A DNA stretch of 64,000 nucleotides from an uncultured Ignavibacteriota bacterium (GCA_947085405.1 CAMTWO010000022.1:50912-114911), one strand, 5' to 3'; shown: positions 49,983 through 60,644, numbered from the stretch's first letter. Notes: generated by a model not told the origin, from the letters alone. Translations and numbers: made by a program.

Positions 49983-50564
49983 TTACACTAATTTAGTTGA
50001 AATTAATTTCAGGAATTCATTTCTAGTTTTTTCGTCTTCGCGGAACGAGCCCAACATTGCACTCGTAGTCGCAAGCGAATTTTGTTTCTCAACACCGCGC
50101 ATCATCATGCACAAATGGCGGGCTTCGATTACAACTCCAACTCCATCGGGTTCAAGTGTCTCGTAAAGTGTATCGGCGATTTCTTGAGTCATCCGTTCCT
50201 GAACTTGGAGCCTACGACTAAAAACTTCTACGATACGTGGTATTTTACTCAACCCCAAAATTTTTCCATCAGGAATGTATGCTATGTGCACTTTCCCGTA
50301 AAAAGGTAAAAGATGATGCTCGCACATACTGAAAAAATCGATATCCTTTACTATCACCATCTCATTATATTTTTCACGAAAAACTGCACTCGCCAAAATT
50401 TGTTTGGCGTCTTTATCGTAGCCGCTCGTAAAATATTCCCACGCTTTCGCTACACGAGCGGGTGTCCGCTGCAAACCTTCGCGATTCGGATTTTCACCTA
50501 CTAATTCTAAAATTCCTTTAATATGATTCTCGAAAGCTGAAGAGTCGATTTTCTTTTCTGCCAT
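49983..50564 (-). CDS. folE: GTP cyclohydrolase I
   Basis: Start chosen at MAEKKID (50564), just after the queD stop. Family blocks are present ([34 protein letters not shown]). Confidence 0.92.
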   Translation of the reverse strand: MAEKKIDSSAFENHIKGILELVGENPNREGLQRTPARVAKAWEYFTSGYDKDAKQILASAVFREKYNEMVIVKDIDFFSMCEHHLLPFYGKVHIAYIPDGKILGLSKIPRIVEVFSRRLQVQERMTQEIADTLYETLEPDGVGVVIEARHLCMMMRGVEKQNSLATTSAMLGSFREDEKTRNEFLKLISTKLV

Positions 50565-50565
50565 A

Positions 50566-50973
50566 CTATTCTCCCCGATATTCGGTAAAGTTTTTTGCCG
50601 TTTCTGAAATTTGGATGGAATACAATTTTCCAAGTTTGATTTTAGGATTTAATATCTTCCAAAATATTCTTGCAAGATTCTCTGTAGTCGGAATTACTCC
50701 TTGCAAAAAATCTACATCTACATTTAAATTTTTGTGGTCAACTTTGTCTATCACCTCTTCTTTGATTATGTCGGAAAGTTTTTTCAAATCGATGATCATT
50801 CCTGTTTTCGTGTCGGGCTCACCCGCTACCGTTACGGATAATTCGTAATTGTGCCCATGTCCGGCGGGATTTGAGCATTTTCCAAAAGTTTCTAAGTTCT
50901 TTTCGTCAGTGAACGACTCGTTGAAGAGACGATGCGATGCACAAAAATATTCTTTTCTTGTTATATATACCAT
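50566..50973 (-). CDS. queD: 6-carboxytetrahydropterin synthase / 6-pyruvoyl-tetrahydropterin synthase family
   Basis: FCASHRL ... [13 protein letters not shown] motif, 135 aa, adjacent to folE. Confidence 0.88.
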   Translation of the reverse strand: MVYITRKEYFCASHRLFNESFTDEKNLETFGKCSNPAGHGHNYELSVTVAGEPDTKTGMIIDLKKLSDIIKEEVIDKVDHKNLNVDVDFLQGVIPTTENLARIFWKILNPKIKLGKLYSIQISETAKNFTEYRGE

Positions 50974-50975
50974 AA

Positions 50976-51449
50976 TTATATGTTTTGTAATACTTCTTCG
51001 GTATGCCCTGCGACTTTAACTTTTCTGAAAATGGTTTTTATTTTTCCTTCTTCATCAATGATAAAAGTTGAGCGTTCAATACCCAAATATTTCTTCCCCA
51101 GAAATGATTTCTGTTTCCAAACACCATAAGCTTTGGATACATCTTTGTTCTCATCGCTTAACAATAGAAACGGTAATTCATATTTGTCGCTGAATTTTTG
51201 ATGCGACTGTATTGAATCGGCACTGATGCCTAAAATAACCGCTCCCCGTTTTTGTATTTCAGAATAATTATCCCGGAACGAACACGCCTCCGTTGTGCAG
51301 CCTGGTGTCATGTCTTTCGGATAGAAATACAAAACAATTTTCTTCCCCGCAAAATCATTTAAAGAAATTATCCTTCCATCTGTTGAAGGAAGTTTGAAAG
51401 CTGGAGCTTTCTGTCCGATTTTTAGTTCAGCAGCAGGTTTCTTGTCCAT
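50976..51449 (-). CDS. bcp: Thioredoxin-dependent thiol peroxidase (BCP)
   Basis: FYPKDMTPGCTTEACSFRD peroxidatic Cys block. Confidence 0.9.
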   Translation of the reverse strand: MDKKPAAELKIGQKAPAFKLPSTDGRIISLNDFAGKKIVLYFYPKDMTPGCTTEACSFRDNYSEIQKRGAVILGISADSIQSHQKFSDKYELPFLLLSDENKDVSKAYGVWKQKSFLGKKYLGIERSTFIIDEEGKIKTIFRKVKVAGHTEEVLQNI

Positions 51450-51467
51450 ATATATTCCCTTCTGATT

Positions 51468-51938
51468 TTATATGGAGGGAATATTTTTTTTTATCTCGTC
51501 GAAAGGTGGCTGGTTAGCTGGGATATCTGAAACCCAACTATATTTTACTGTTCCATTTTTATCAACGATAAACACTGCCCGTTTAGCAGCAGTATAACCC
51601 TTTATATTGGCAAAATCGTTATATACTCCGCCATACTGAAGCGAGACTTCACGAGTGTAATCGCTCAAGAGTGGAAAAGTAAGTTTATTTGCTTCGGCAA
51701 ATGCTTTGTTAGCGAATGGTGAATCAACGCTCACTCCGATCACCTGCGCATTCATATCATTGAAATTCGCCATTGCATCTCTGAAGGAACACATTTCCGT
51801 TGTGCATGCACCAGTGAAAGCACCGGGAAAGAATGCAAGCACCACAGTTTTTCCTGAAAAATCGTTAAGCGATTTTAATTGCCTTTCGGTATCCAATAAT
51901 GAAAAATTAGGGGCTTTTGAACCAATTTCTATACTCAT
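51468..51938 (-). CDS. Peroxiredoxin (AhpC/TSA-redoxin family)
   Basis: FFPGAFTGACTTEMCSFRD block, 156 aa. Confidence 0.85.
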   Translation of the reverse strand: MSIEIGSKAPNFSLLDTERQLKSLNDFSGKTVVLAFFPGAFTGACTTEMCSFRDAMANFNDMNAQVIGVSVDSPFANKAFAEANKLTFPLLSDYTREVSLQYGGVYNDFANIKGYTAAKRAVFIVDKNGTVKYSWVSDIPANQPPFDEIKKNIPSI

Positions 51939-52011
51939 ATATAATTCCTTTCTTTATAATTTATGTTTAGATGTGGGAAAATTTAGAGAAAAATATTTCT
52001 AAAAACAAATA

Positions 52012-53709
52012 CTAAAAATCAACTCTAATTGTTCCACCAAAATTATGATGCTCAATATCGAAAATCAAATTTTCGTTTTTAGTTAAATTCCATTCGTATC
52101 TTAAATCAAACCATACTTCGTTAATTATTTGGTACGATAGATAAAATTGTCCTACATATTTTTTATGGTGTATTCCATCTAAAAACTTTGTGGGTGGTGT
52201 ATCGAGCCCTTCACGCAGTGGCTGTAAAAAATCGCCGCCTACGTTTTTTATTAAAATGCCCGACGAATCATACGAGTTTTCGCCCGAGCGTTGGATTTCG
52301 ATTTGAGTTGTTAATGTTAAACGATTAGTTATTAAATGATCTAACCTGAAGAACCAACTTTCAGCATTCGGACCGATTTGAGTACCCAATAAAACATTGT
52401 TGCTCGAATACTCATTCTCGCGTGAACGGTTATGCGAGAACATATAAGGATCGACACGTGTGTATTCGATCATCAAATTTGTATTCGGTATATTCAGTGG
52501 GTCAACAGCCATCAAACCAATTTGAAGAGCATATTTATTTTCCCATCTGTCCTTCCCCAATTTTGGTATTTCGATATCATCAAAAAAAAGTGTGCTTTGT
52601 ATTTCGTAACCTTTAAATGGGCGAACTTGAACATCGAAAGCAAGAAAACCGTTGTCTCTTTCTCCACGAGACCTCTGCACCGATTCAAAAAATGTCAGCG
52701 GATTCAAATATCCCAAATCGACTGAACGGTTGCTATATATTGATAATTCTTGAATACCTAAATCTAAATAATTATTGATAGTAAATTCAAACCGATGAGC
52801 AACGATGTATTTATCAGCCACAACCGGTTCGCTGGCGCCGTTATTTAGCGGTAAGCTATTACCGGGTTTGCCGAGAAGCCAACCATGTAAAAAGATGTAT
52901 TTAAAATTTTTATAATCAACATCCATCCGCACAGCATCGAAAACACGATGATAATCGGAAATAAAGAGCTTATCGCCATAACTGTTTCCCCATAAAACCC
53001 GCTCTCTTCCCATTTGCGCAGAAATTATTCCAGCATCATATCTCATATACCCTTCAACGAAATCAAAATTTTTTGCCTCAGGAGTTGTGAGTGCAAAACT
53101 TTGACTGATGCGTTTATCACGCTGAAACACCGCACGACTTCCCCAGAATTGTGCATTAGTAAGTTGGAAGTAGTAACCTAATTTGTCGTATATCGTGCCG
53201 CGTAATCTGGGACCGACTTCAACGAATGAAGCGTTCGCGTGCAAACCATCACCGGTCGAACGTCTGAAATCTATATTCATCAAACCATCTACGAAAAGTG
53301 CGAGAATACTATCTGAGTAAGCATATATATGTTTCTCTTGATCGTGGAAAGTTCCGCGCACCATTCCGGAAACCAAATCGTTACCTCCGCCGAATAAAGA
53401 GAATGAATTATTTAGTGATTTTCTAATATCGAATTCAAATTCAATTAAGTAATCGTTTAAAAAATTATTTTCGGTGTTTGTAAGTTGCGTTTTATTTTCT
53501 TGAATCTGCACAATGAAATGGGCAACATCTTTCCTCGAAAGTGGAAGAACCGCATCGCGATAATTGCTGATGACATTTTTTAATTCCATCCGTTTCAAAA
53601 AACTGTAAACCGGATGGTTTGCCGGGACATTTTCCGTTTGTGGGAATGAAAGACTCCACAAAAAAAGAATTAAAACAGATTGAAATAGTATTTTTGATTT
53701 GTTATTCAT
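52012..53709 (-). CDS. Outer-membrane protein, possibly capsule assembly Wzi-like
   Basis: Start chosen at MNNKSK (53709). Signal peptide, the N-terminal HPVYSFLKRMELKNVI motif is reminiscent of Wzi family proteins, beta-rich body, terminal F. It neighbours UDP-sugar genes. The family call is tentative. Confidence 0.45.
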   Translation of the reverse strand: MNNKSKILFQSVLILFLWSLSFPQTENVPANHPVYSFLKRMELKNVISNYRDAVLPLSRKDVAHFIVQIQENKTQLTNTENNFLNDYLIEFEFDIRKSLNNSFSLFGGGNDLVSGMVRGTFHDQEKHIYAYSDSILALFVDGLMNIDFRRSTGDGLHANASFVEVGPRLRGTIYDKLGYYFQLTNAQFWGSRAVFQRDKRISQSFALTTPEAKNFDFVEGYMRYDAGIISAQMGRERVLWGNSYGDKLFISDYHRVFDAVRMDVDYKNFKYIFLHGWLLGKPGNSLPLNNGASEPVVADKYIVAHRFEFTINNYLDLGIQELSIYSNRSVDLGYLNPLTFFESVQRSRGERDNGFLAFDVQVRPFKGYEIQSTLFFDDIEIPKLGKDRWENKYALQIGLMAVDPLNIPNTNLMIEYTRVDPYMFSHNRSRENEYSSNNVLLGTQIGPNAESWFFRLDHLITNRLTLTTQIEIQRSGENSYDSSGILIKNVGGDFLQPLREGLDTPPTKFLDGIHHKKYVGQFYLSYQIINEVWFDLRYEWNLTKNENLIFDIEHHNFGGTIRVDF

Positions 53710-53714
53710 AAAAT

Positions 53715-54599
53715 TTAATAATACAAACCGAACCAAATTACTTTGGGGGAAATTTGAATTGCGGGTGTTGGAAATTTAAAATAATTTAACCCTTCACCAA
53801 TAGTTTTGAGAAACTCGCTATGTTGGGGAATTATCTCTGAAAAATCCAAATCGGGTGCAAGCAATAACATACCGTATTGCTTTGATTGGTCGTTTAGATT
53901 TCTGACACTGTAACCGACCGACAAATTAAGAAAATCCGGAAATATTTTGGGGAATATTTTTCCTGCTTTTATACTGAGCCAAAATGTTTGACCTTCATAG
54001 TCGTCTATTGGTGTGTGTGTTTGTCCGGGAATGTTTCCGGCTTTTCCATACTGACGCGGATAATAACTTGCCTTGAATCCAAGATTTTTAAATTCCGGAA
54101 CATAGTATTGCAGCAACGGATAGAAACTCCCCGCGATATTTGCCGCAGCATCAACCCTGTCGAATCCCCATTGTGAATAACCGTCTTGAACTTCAACGAA
54201 CGATAAAAACAAACTTCCACCGATTGCCCCTATCCAATGAGAAGTTTCCTCGCTCAAACCCGCCCAGCGGTACGAATTGGTTAAAATAAAATTAGTAAGG
54301 GCGCCATCCCAAGCATGCCCGATTTTGTCAACCGACTTACCGTAAACCAAATCTTCTTGAAAATGAAAGGGTTTTCTCCAATGCTTCCACCATGCATTAA
54401 GCTGATAATGATAGACCCCTGTGCCGGCACCTAATACACATCCACTGACTAAAGCTACCCTATTATAATTTATCGTATTGGAAGATGTGCTTATGGTGGA
54501 GGAAGTGGTTGAATCATTTAGAGATGAAAATGAAGAACCCAAACTATTTTCTGAGAGTATGCTAAAAAATAAAAATAATATTAAAAACAGTTTCTTCAT
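53715..54599 (-). CDS. Hypothetical secreted protein (DUF2279-like, tentative)
   Basis: Signal peptide, a Ser/Thr-rich linker and a [13 protein letters not shown] block. Its start overlaps the uxs-like gene stop. Confidence 0.4.
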   Translation of the reverse strand: MKKLFLILFLFFSILSENSLGSSFSSLNDSTTSSTISTSSNTINYNRVALVSGCVLGAGTGVYHYQLNAWWKHWRKPFHFQEDLVYGKSVDKIGHAWDGALTNFILTNSYRWAGLSEETSHWIGAIGGSLFLSFVEVQDGYSQWGFDRVDAAANIAGSFYPLLQYYVPEFKNLGFKASYYPRQYGKAGNIPGQTHTPIDDYEGQTFWLSIKAGKIFPKIFPDFLNLSVGYSVRNLNDQSKQYGMLLLAPDLDFSEIIPQHSEFLKTIGEGLNYFKFPTPAIQISPKVIWFGLYY

Positions 54600-55549
54600 T
54601 TTCCGGGAAATATTTTTTTCCTGAAGTAATCCAATGTCTTTATTAGACCCTGATGTCGATTAACTTTAGGTTCCCAATTCAAAATCTGTTGCGCCCTCGT
54701 AATGTTCGGTTGACGGATTTTCGGATCATCTTCTGGCAAATCCTGAAAAACTATTTTACTTTTACTTTCTGTTATTCCGATAATTTCCTGCGCTAGTTGA
54801 AGCATTGTAACCTCATCGGGATTACCGATATTTACCGGATTAATTTCGTTGGAACAAAGCAAGCGATAAATTCCATCTATTAAGTCGTCCATATAACAGA
54901 CGCTACGGGTTTGAGAGCCGTCGCCAAAAACGGTAACATCATCTCCTCGCAATGCCTGCGACATAAATGCCGGAATGGCTCTACCATCTTCAACTCGCAT
55001 GCGTGGACCATAAGTATTAAAAATGCGCACTATCCGAGTATCGACTCTATGATACCGATGGTAAGCCATAGTTAGTGCTTCTGCAAATCGCTTGGCTTCA
55101 TCATAAACTCCACGAAATCCAATCGGGTTCACGTTGCCCCAGTATTCTTCAGTCTGCGGATGTATCAAGGGATCGCCATACACTTCGGATGTGGATGCTA
55201 AAAGAAACTTTGCCTTCTTCGCCTTTGCGAGTCCGAGGGCTTTATGAGTTCCTAATGAACCTACTTTCAAAGTTTGAATCGGGAGTTTCAGATAATCGAT
55301 AGGGCTTGCGGGCGATGCAAAGTGGAGTATGTTATCAACCTTTCCGTCGATGAAAATATATTCAGTAACATCGTGTTTGATGAATTTAAAATTTTCGTTA
55401 CCTAAGAGATGCGAAATATTTGCGACATCGCCCGTTATTAAATTATCAATGCAAACAACTTTATGACCTTCTGAAAGTAATTTATCGCACAAATGCGAGC
55501 CGAGAAAACCTGCCCCGCCTGTTACGACAGAAACAATTTTATTTCCCAT
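54596..55549 (-). CDS. UDP-glucuronate decarboxylase (UDP-xylose synthase type, NAD-dependent epimerase/dehydratase)
   Basis: [17 protein letters not shown] Rossmann motif and YDEAKR catalytic motif. It lies downstream of UDP-glucose dehydrogenase. Confidence 0.85.
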   Translation of the reverse strand: MGNKIVSVVTGGAGFLGSHLCDKLLSEGHKVVCIDNLITGDVANISHLLGNENFKFIKHDVTEYIFIDGKVDNILHFASPASPIDYLKLPIQTLKVGSLGTHKALGLAKAKKAKFLLASTSEVYGDPLIHPQTEEYWGNVNPIGFRGVYDEAKRFAEALTMAYHRYHRVDTRIVRIFNTYGPRMRVEDGRAIPAFMSQALRGDDVTVFGDGSQTRSVCYMDDLIDGIYRLLCSNEINPVNIGNPDEVTMLQLAQEIIGITESKSKIVFQDLPEDDPKIRQPNITRAQQILNWEPKVNRHQGLIKTLDYFRKKIFPGK

Positions 55550-56855
55550 TTATCACTCTTCTTCCGATTGAATAATATGCGAAACCTGTTTCTACCATTG
55601 CTTCGGGATCGTATATATTCCTTCCGTCAAAAATCGCATTATGCTTCATCAATTTTTTCATTTTCTCAAAATCGGGGCGGCGGAATTCGTTCCATTCTGT
55701 AACAATAACCAACGCTTCAGCATTTTTAAGAGCATCGTAATTGTTTTCAAAATATTTAATTTTGTTTCCAAAAATACGTTTAGCTTCGTGCAAAGCTACG
55801 GGGTCGTGAGCTTGAACTTTCACACCCCGATTTAATAACTCGTTAATTATTGTAATCGAAGGCGCTTCACGCATATCGTCGGTATTCGGTTTAAATGAGA
55901 GCCCCCAAACTGCGATTGTTTTTCCTTTAATATTATTGTTAAAATATTTTAAAAGTTTTTTCACAATCAGTTTTTTCTGATCGCGATTTACCCTTTCGAC
56001 CGATTTCAGGATTTGAAAACGATAACCGTAGTCGGAAGATGTTTTCACAAGTGCCGCAATATCTTTTGGGAAGCAAGAACCGCCGTAGCCGACTCCGGGA
56101 AAAAGAAACTGATATCCAATCCGCTCGTCGCTTCCAACACCGAGACGAACATTTTTCACATCGGCGCCAACACGCTCGCATATATTTGCAATCTCATTCA
56201 TGAAAGTAACCTTTGTAGCTAACAAAGCATTAGCAGCATATTTAGTCAATTCTGAACTCAACTCATCCATAAATATAATTGGTTTGCCCGTTCGGACAAA
56301 TGGAGCGTATAAATCGCCCATAATTTTACGGGCTTTTTCGCTGAGCGTTCCAATTACAACACGGTCGGGTTTAAAAAAATCATTTATCGCTGCCCCTTCT
56401 TTTAAAAATTCCGGATTTGAAACAACATCAAATGGAAATTCGGTTTCCTTCCGAATTATGTCCCGGACTTTGAATGCAGTTCCTACAGGCACAGTGCTTT
56501 TGTTTACAATTACTTTATAGCCGTTCATGTATTTGCCGATTTCTTTTGCCACTGCTAACACGTGCTTTAAATCGGCTGACCCGTCTTCCGATTGTGGAGT
56601 TGGCAATGCCAAAAATATTATATCAGTTTTTTTAACCGCCGATTCTAAATCGGTAGAAAACCTTAACCTCTTTTCGTGTATGTTTTTTTTCAAAAACTCC
56701 TCTAAACCCGGTTCGTAAATGGGTGTTTTCCCTTTTTTCATTGTTTTAATTTTGTTGATATCATTATCAACGCAAATTACATCATTGCCACTCTCGGCAA
56801 AGCAGGTTCCAGCTACTAACCCGACATATCCGCTTCCAACCACACTAATTTTCAA
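55539..56855 (-). CDS. ugd: UDP-glucose 6-dehydrogenase
   Basis: [14 protein letters not shown], catalytic [10 protein letters not shown] block, 438 aa. Confidence 0.93.
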   Translation of the reverse strand: MKISVVGSGYVGLVAGTCFAESGNDVICVDNDINKIKTMKKGKTPIYEPGLEEFLKKNIHEKRLRFSTDLESAVKKTDIIFLALPTPQSEDGSADLKHVLAVAKEIGKYMNGYKVIVNKSTVPVGTAFKVRDIIRKETEFPFDVVSNPEFLKEGAAINDFFKPDRVVIGTLSEKARKIMGDLYAPFVRTGKPIIFMDELSSELTKYAANALLATKVTFMNEIANICERVGADVKNVRLGVGSDERIGYQFLFPGVGYGGSCFPKDIAALVKTSSDYGYRFQILKSVERVNRDQKKLIVKKLLKYFNNNIKGKTIAVWGLSFKPNTDDMREAPSITIINELLNRGVKVQAHDPVALHEAKRIFGNKIKYFENNYDALKNAEALVIVTEWNEFRRPDFEKMKKLMKHNAIFDGRNIYDPEAMVETGFAYYSIGRRVINGK

Positions 56856-56915
56856 TTTTGTGTCCTTTCTTTTTTTCCTATTCTTAATTATTTAAAGAAT
56901 TTCTGCATAAGTATA

Positions 56916-57390
56916 TCAAATATTTTTATCTTTTTCAACAATTATAACATGCAATTTTTTCGGACCGTGAACACCTGTAACCAATACTTTTTCGATATCC
57001 GCAGTCCGGCTCGGTCCGGAAATTATGGTAACGCAATTCGATTCGACAAATAAATTCCGACAGCTCAAATATATTTATTTTTATGTGTTCTAATTTATTA
57101 CGTGCTTCTCTGCTCAAATCTAATTGATCGTAAAATACTTTTACCATACTAACGCACGAGCCGGAAGGTGCGACTATGTATTCAGATTCAGCAAATAAGT
57201 TTATGAATCGTTCAGCCAGAATCGTCGCATCTTTTCGATAACCCGTATTAAATGCGGGCTGCCCACAACAGGTTTGTTCGAAAGGATATTCAATTGAACA
57301 ACCTAATTTTTTCAATATTTTTACTGTGGCAACTCCAACTTGAGGTGCAAATTGGTCAACAAGGCAGGGAATGAAAAGACTGATTTTCAT
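56916..57390 (-). pseudogene. Remnant of the lutABC lactate-utilisation locus: the LutA N-terminal ~110 aa joined out of frame to a LutC (LUD domain) C-terminal ~40 aa
   Basis: The ORF from 57390 matches LutA (MKISLFIPCLVDQF...EQTCCGQPAFNTGY...PSGSCVSMV...ELSEFI) and then becomes unrelated. A different frame from ~57047 reads VTIISGPSRTADIEKVLVTGVHGPKKLHVIIVEKDKNI, with its stop at 56916-56918; this is a typical LutC C-terminus. The second CCG domain of LutA, all of LutB and most of LutC are absent. Confidence 0.7.
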
Positions 57391-57428
57391 TTAGAAAAAT
57401 TTTTTGATTTAATATATAGTAGTTACTT

Positions 57429-57788
57429 CTACTCCATCCGAACAGCCATTTTCGCTTTTACCATTTCGTCATTTATATTTTTTTGAACACCTTCTTTACT
57501 GGCTATCCAAACCTCACCCAAATACCTCCCATATTTTTCTTTTCGGTCTTTGATGGTTTGAATTATGACAGCTTTATCAAGCACTAACTTTCTTAGATAG
57601 TCGCGTGATTTAATGCCTTCAGACTTTGTTTTTCCAACAATTTCAGGAGTATTAATCCGATACAAGCGTATTTTTTCTCCACGTAGCCAGGTATTCATCC
57701 CTAAATCGATATCGACGGTGCAGGTGTCGCCATCATAAACATCAGTTACTACTGCATTGTAATGATAAAGTTTTTCCACCGTTTTCAC
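57429..57788 (-). CDS. Staphylococcal-nuclease-like (thermonuclease family) protein, no signal peptide
   Basis: DGDTCTV ... KIRLYRINTPE ... KYGRYLG follows the SNase pattern. Start proposed at the GTG at 57788, which is preceded by GGAGGG 4-5 nt upstream. The ATG at 57869 would overlap the upstream ORF by 70 nt. Confidence 0.7.
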   Translation of the reverse strand: MKTVEKLYHYNAVVTDVYDGDTCTVDIDLGMNTWLRGEKIRLYRINTPEIVGKTKSEGIKSRDYLRKLVLDKAVIIQTIKDRKEKYGRYLGEVWIASKEGVQKNINDEMVKAKMAVRME

Positions 57789-57798
57789 ACTCCCTCCA

Positions 57799-58020
57799 TT
57801 AATATTTGCTCCTAAATTTACTATTATATCTTGCAATATTTTGCTTTGCCTTCTTCTTCTGATACTCACGTATAGATAAAGTCGGTTGAGAATCGAAACC
57901 TTCCTTCTGCAGCTTCTTATATTCTAACAACTGATAGTTGATCTCTACATCTTTTTGATTGTGAGGCTGAACTTTTTTATGTTTTGTGTTTTGTTTAGTT
58001 TTTCGTCTTACAAATCTCAT
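57799..58020 (-). CDS. Small, highly basic hypothetical protein
   Basis: 73 aa from the ATG at 58020 with an AAGAGGAAA RBS. The track ORF starts at a TTG at 58059. Lys/Arg-rich, no family recognised. Its stop lies 10 nt before the nuclease GTG. Confidence 0.4.
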   Translation of the reverse strand: MRFVRRKTKQNTKHKKVQPHNQKDVEINYQLLEYKKLQKEGFDSQPTLSIREYQKKKAKQNIARYNSKFRSKY

Positions 58021-58096
58021 TCTATATTTCCTCTTACTGAAGTATTTCCTTTCTTTCAAATCCTTAAACGTTCTTTGATGCTGTTTTGTAAGTTCT

Positions 58097-58204
58097 CTCG
58101 ATACGTCCGTTAGCTAACGGACTACTCGAGAACCATCAAACGTTTGGTGAACCGTCAATGTGAGATGGTTTTCGAGTGTGGCGCCACAGGCGTCATGTAT
58201 CGAG
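58097..58204. ncRNA. Candidate structured RNA element (multi-stem junction), class unknown
   Basis: Closing stem: CTCGATAC (58097-58104) with GTATCGAG (58197-58204). Hairpin: GTCCGTT-AGCT-AACGGAC (58105-58122). 13-bp stem: CTCGAGAACCATC (58125-58137) with GATGGTTTTCGAG (58164-58176). Palindrome: TGTGGCGCCACA (58177-58188). The single non-Watson-Crick position in the 13-bp stem is G-U on the + strand but A-C on the - strand. Confidence 0.4.
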
Positions 58205-58227
58205 AAAACCTCCTTTTGAGACTGCCC

Positions 58228-58290
58228 CGTTCTTTAGAACGTTCTACATTCTTTAAAACGTTCTACGTTCTTTAGAACGTAAAACGTTCC
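58228..58290. repeat. Three tandem 19-bp units built on the palindrome CGTTCTTTAGAACG
   Basis: Units: CGTTCTTTAGAACGTTCTA (58228), CATTCTTTAAAACGTTCTA (58247), CGTTCTTTAGAACGTAAAA (58266). A partial copy, ACGTTCTTTGA, lies at 58068-58078 on the other side of the structured element. The last unit overlaps the stop codon at 58272-58274. Confidence 0.8.
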
Positions 58291-60644
58291 TTGTTACTAA
58301 TAAGCAAGGCAACTAAATACATAATTGATGCAACCACAATAACTACTCGAAATCCAAACTCCATCGCCAACAACGGAGCTGCGATTGCACTTACAACCGA
58401 TAAATAACCATTTATTCCCCATGCCCATGGAATTAAATTAGAAAAACGCTGAGCTAACAAACTCATTCCTATTGGAAATGGCATCCCCATCAAAAACGCA
58501 ATCGGTGCTATTATTAAAAACGATATTAAATATTTTATGATTACAGGTAAATGAATTAAATAGTTAAACATTCCTGGTATCAATATACTATACCCTGCCG
58601 CTGTAATTATAATTAATATAAGTATGAATTGCAACTTTTTACTAACATTTTTTAAAAATTTTGTTGAGTAATAACTCCCAATGCCGGAGAACAACAACAG
58701 TGCAGTTATTACAACCGAGACAGAATAAATCGGATGGGATAGAAAAAGAATAAATTTTTGTATCAGAATAATTTCGATAAGCATAAACCCGCTGCCGAGT
58801 CCTCCAAAATAGATTAGTGTTGCAAGTTTAGAACCACTACGGTTAACTTCTTTCCGTAGGAAGAAAAGAGGAATTATGATGAGGACAAAACTAATTATCA
58901 CAATTTGAAACAAGGTGAGAAGTAAAATGAAAAAACCAAGCTCCATAAACGCAACCGATTCATTACCAAGTATTTCTCTAAGATACGGTAAACTTTTGAA
59001 TTTGATAAAATGCGAAAAGTATGGCTTGTCATCATTCGGAGGTTCGATATTAAAATTATATTCATCAAAATATTCGTTACGTTGAGGAGATAATATTTTA
59101 ATAGACGCTTTGTAATATAAATCTTCCTCGAGCTGATTATACCTGTTAACATCCTCCTCGGTTATTGTAGGATAGTAAATTGGGTCGAATGAATTTGCTT
59201 CACAAAATATCTTAATATTTTTAATATCGTTTGATGTAAAGGGAGCTTTTCGTACGACCAAAGTTACAGTTGACCAACTGCGAATACCGGCAATGTGCGA
59301 AGATGGATTTACGATCCCCGATTTTTCTAAACTTTCAACTAATGCTGCGAACATTTTTATAGCATGCCGCGGTGGATAATTCGTCCAAACACTGATTGCT
59401 AAAACCCCATTATCTGTTAGCTTGCTAAACATCAATTCAAGCGATTCGACCGTGAGTAAATAATTTTCGAAGACCGATTGAATACCCGCCGCAGATGAAG
59501 AAAATCCCTCGAGTATCGGTATCGCAATTACGTCGTAACTTTTTTTTGTTTGATGAAGGTAACCTCTCCCCTCTCCGATGATTATATTCACTTTCTGTTC
59601 CGGAAAATCAATACCCGTTATTTCTGTTACCTGATGGTTGAGTTCCACTCCATCAACATTGAAACTCCCGTTTTGTAAAGCTGTCCTGATTTCTGTTCCT
59701 GTCCCTACTCCGATTACCAGTGCATTTCCGCTTTTAGCAAGCCGATACGGTAAACTTGATGTTGTGTGTTTCAGAAAAGCAGCAGTCTTTTCTGAATCTG
59801 ATTGAATAATTCCGCCAACCCACTCGCCATCGTTGAACAATCCTGTTTGGACTGGAATCTCACCCGTATAATTCAAGCTTAATCCGGGTGCGTAACGCAA
59901 TACAGGGCTGACTACCGTTGTTAGCTGTCCGAATGGGCTGAACTTTTCATCAACGATTATAGCATCCATCAGGTGCATCGCCTTCGATAAACTTTTGTAT
60001 TCCGATGTTTGGATTTCGAATGGAAGTACCCAACCTAAAATAATTATAATTACATTTAGAGCTAGAGGAATGAGAAATATTTTCTTACGCTTCAAGATAG
60101 AAAAACTAAATACGGTTGCTATGAAAGCTACGCCGGCAATAATTTCGGGTAAGCGATATGGTTCAAAATAAAAGAGTAACCCTAAAACACCTACCCCTCC
60201 GAATGCTGAACCGGTCAAATTGAAAAAATATATTTTGTTAATCTGTTCTGAATATTTTATAAAAAAGGAACAGATGATTATTGCCCCGAAAAAGAAAGGC
60301 AGCATAATCATCAGATAAAAAAGTGCAAGCTTCCAAATTTTAGTTAAATCCCAAATTAACAGAAAAGGATCGAAATGAATGAAATGCAGAACGAAGATTG
60401 ATATGATCATCGCAGACGAACACGCAACACAAGCAAAAAATATTGCTGCCTCAAAATTCTTTAATAACCTATTCTTGATGAAATACAGAAATGTTCCGCT
60501 TGCCCCGAACCCTAAAAGTGCAATACTGATAATCATATATGCGAAATGATGAAACTGAGCGACCGATAAAATCCGCATTAACGCAAGCTGGTATGCTATC
60601 AATGAAGCTGAAATTAGAAAAATTACAACTCCGTATCTTCTCAT
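58272..60644 (-). CDS. Polytopic membrane protein with a central spermidine-synthase-like methyltransferase-fold domain
   Basis: 790 aa with N- and C-terminal multi-TM blocks. The central domain carries ALVIGVGTGTEIRTAL ... YDVIAI, as in spermine/spermidine synthase family fusion proteins. Confidence 0.7.
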   Translation of the reverse strand: MRRYGVVIFLISASLIAYQLALMRILSVAQFHHFAYMIISIALLGFGASGTFLYFIKNRLLKNFEAAIFFACVACSSAMIISIFVLHFIHFDPFLLIWDLTKIWKLALFYLMIMLPFFFGAIIICSFFIKYSEQINKIYFFNLTGSAFGGVGVLGLLFYFEPYRLPEIIAGVAFIATVFSFSILKRKKIFLIPLALNVIIIILGWVLPFEIQTSEYKSLSKAMHLMDAIIVDEKFSPFGQLTTVVSPVLRYAPGLSLNYTGEIPVQTGLFNDGEWVGGIIQSDSEKTAAFLKHTTSSLPYRLAKSGNALVIGVGTGTEIRTALQNGSFNVDGVELNHQVTEITGIDFPEQKVNIIIGEGRGYLHQTKKSYDVIAIPILEGFSSSAAGIQSVFENYLLTVESLELMFSKLTDNGVLAISVWTNYPPRHAIKMFAALVESLEKSGIVNPSSHIAGIRSWSTVTLVVRKAPFTSNDIKNIKIFCEANSFDPIYYPTITEEDVNRYNQLEEDLYYKASIKILSPQRNEYFDEYNFNIEPPNDDKPYFSHFIKFKSLPYLREILGNESVAFMELGFFILLLTLFQIVIISFVLIIIPLFFLRKEVNRSGSKLATLIYFGGLGSGFMLIEIILIQKFILFLSHPIYSVSVVITALLLFSGIGSYYSTKFLKNVSKKLQFILILIIITAAGYSILIPGMFNYLIHLPVIIKYLISFLIIAPIAFLMGMPFPIGMSLLAQRFSNLIPWAWGINGYLSVVSAIAAPLLAMEFGFRVVIVVASIMYLVALLISNKERFTF

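Noticed and set aside
57789-57869. ATG start at 57869 for the SNase-like gene
   Set aside because: It would overlap the upstream ORF by 70 nt and add a non-conserved Arg-rich leader. The GTG at 57788 has a strong GGAGGG Shine-Dalgarno sequence.
58021-58059. Longer form (86 aa) of the small basic ORF, starting at TTG 58059
   Set aside because: That start is a TTG with an AAGGA only 1-2 nt upstream. The in-frame ATG at 58020 has a properly spaced AAGAGGAAA.
58228-58290. Possible CRISPR array
   Set aside because: There are only three contiguous 19-bp units with no spacers and no cas genes. I treat it as a tandem palindromic repeat.
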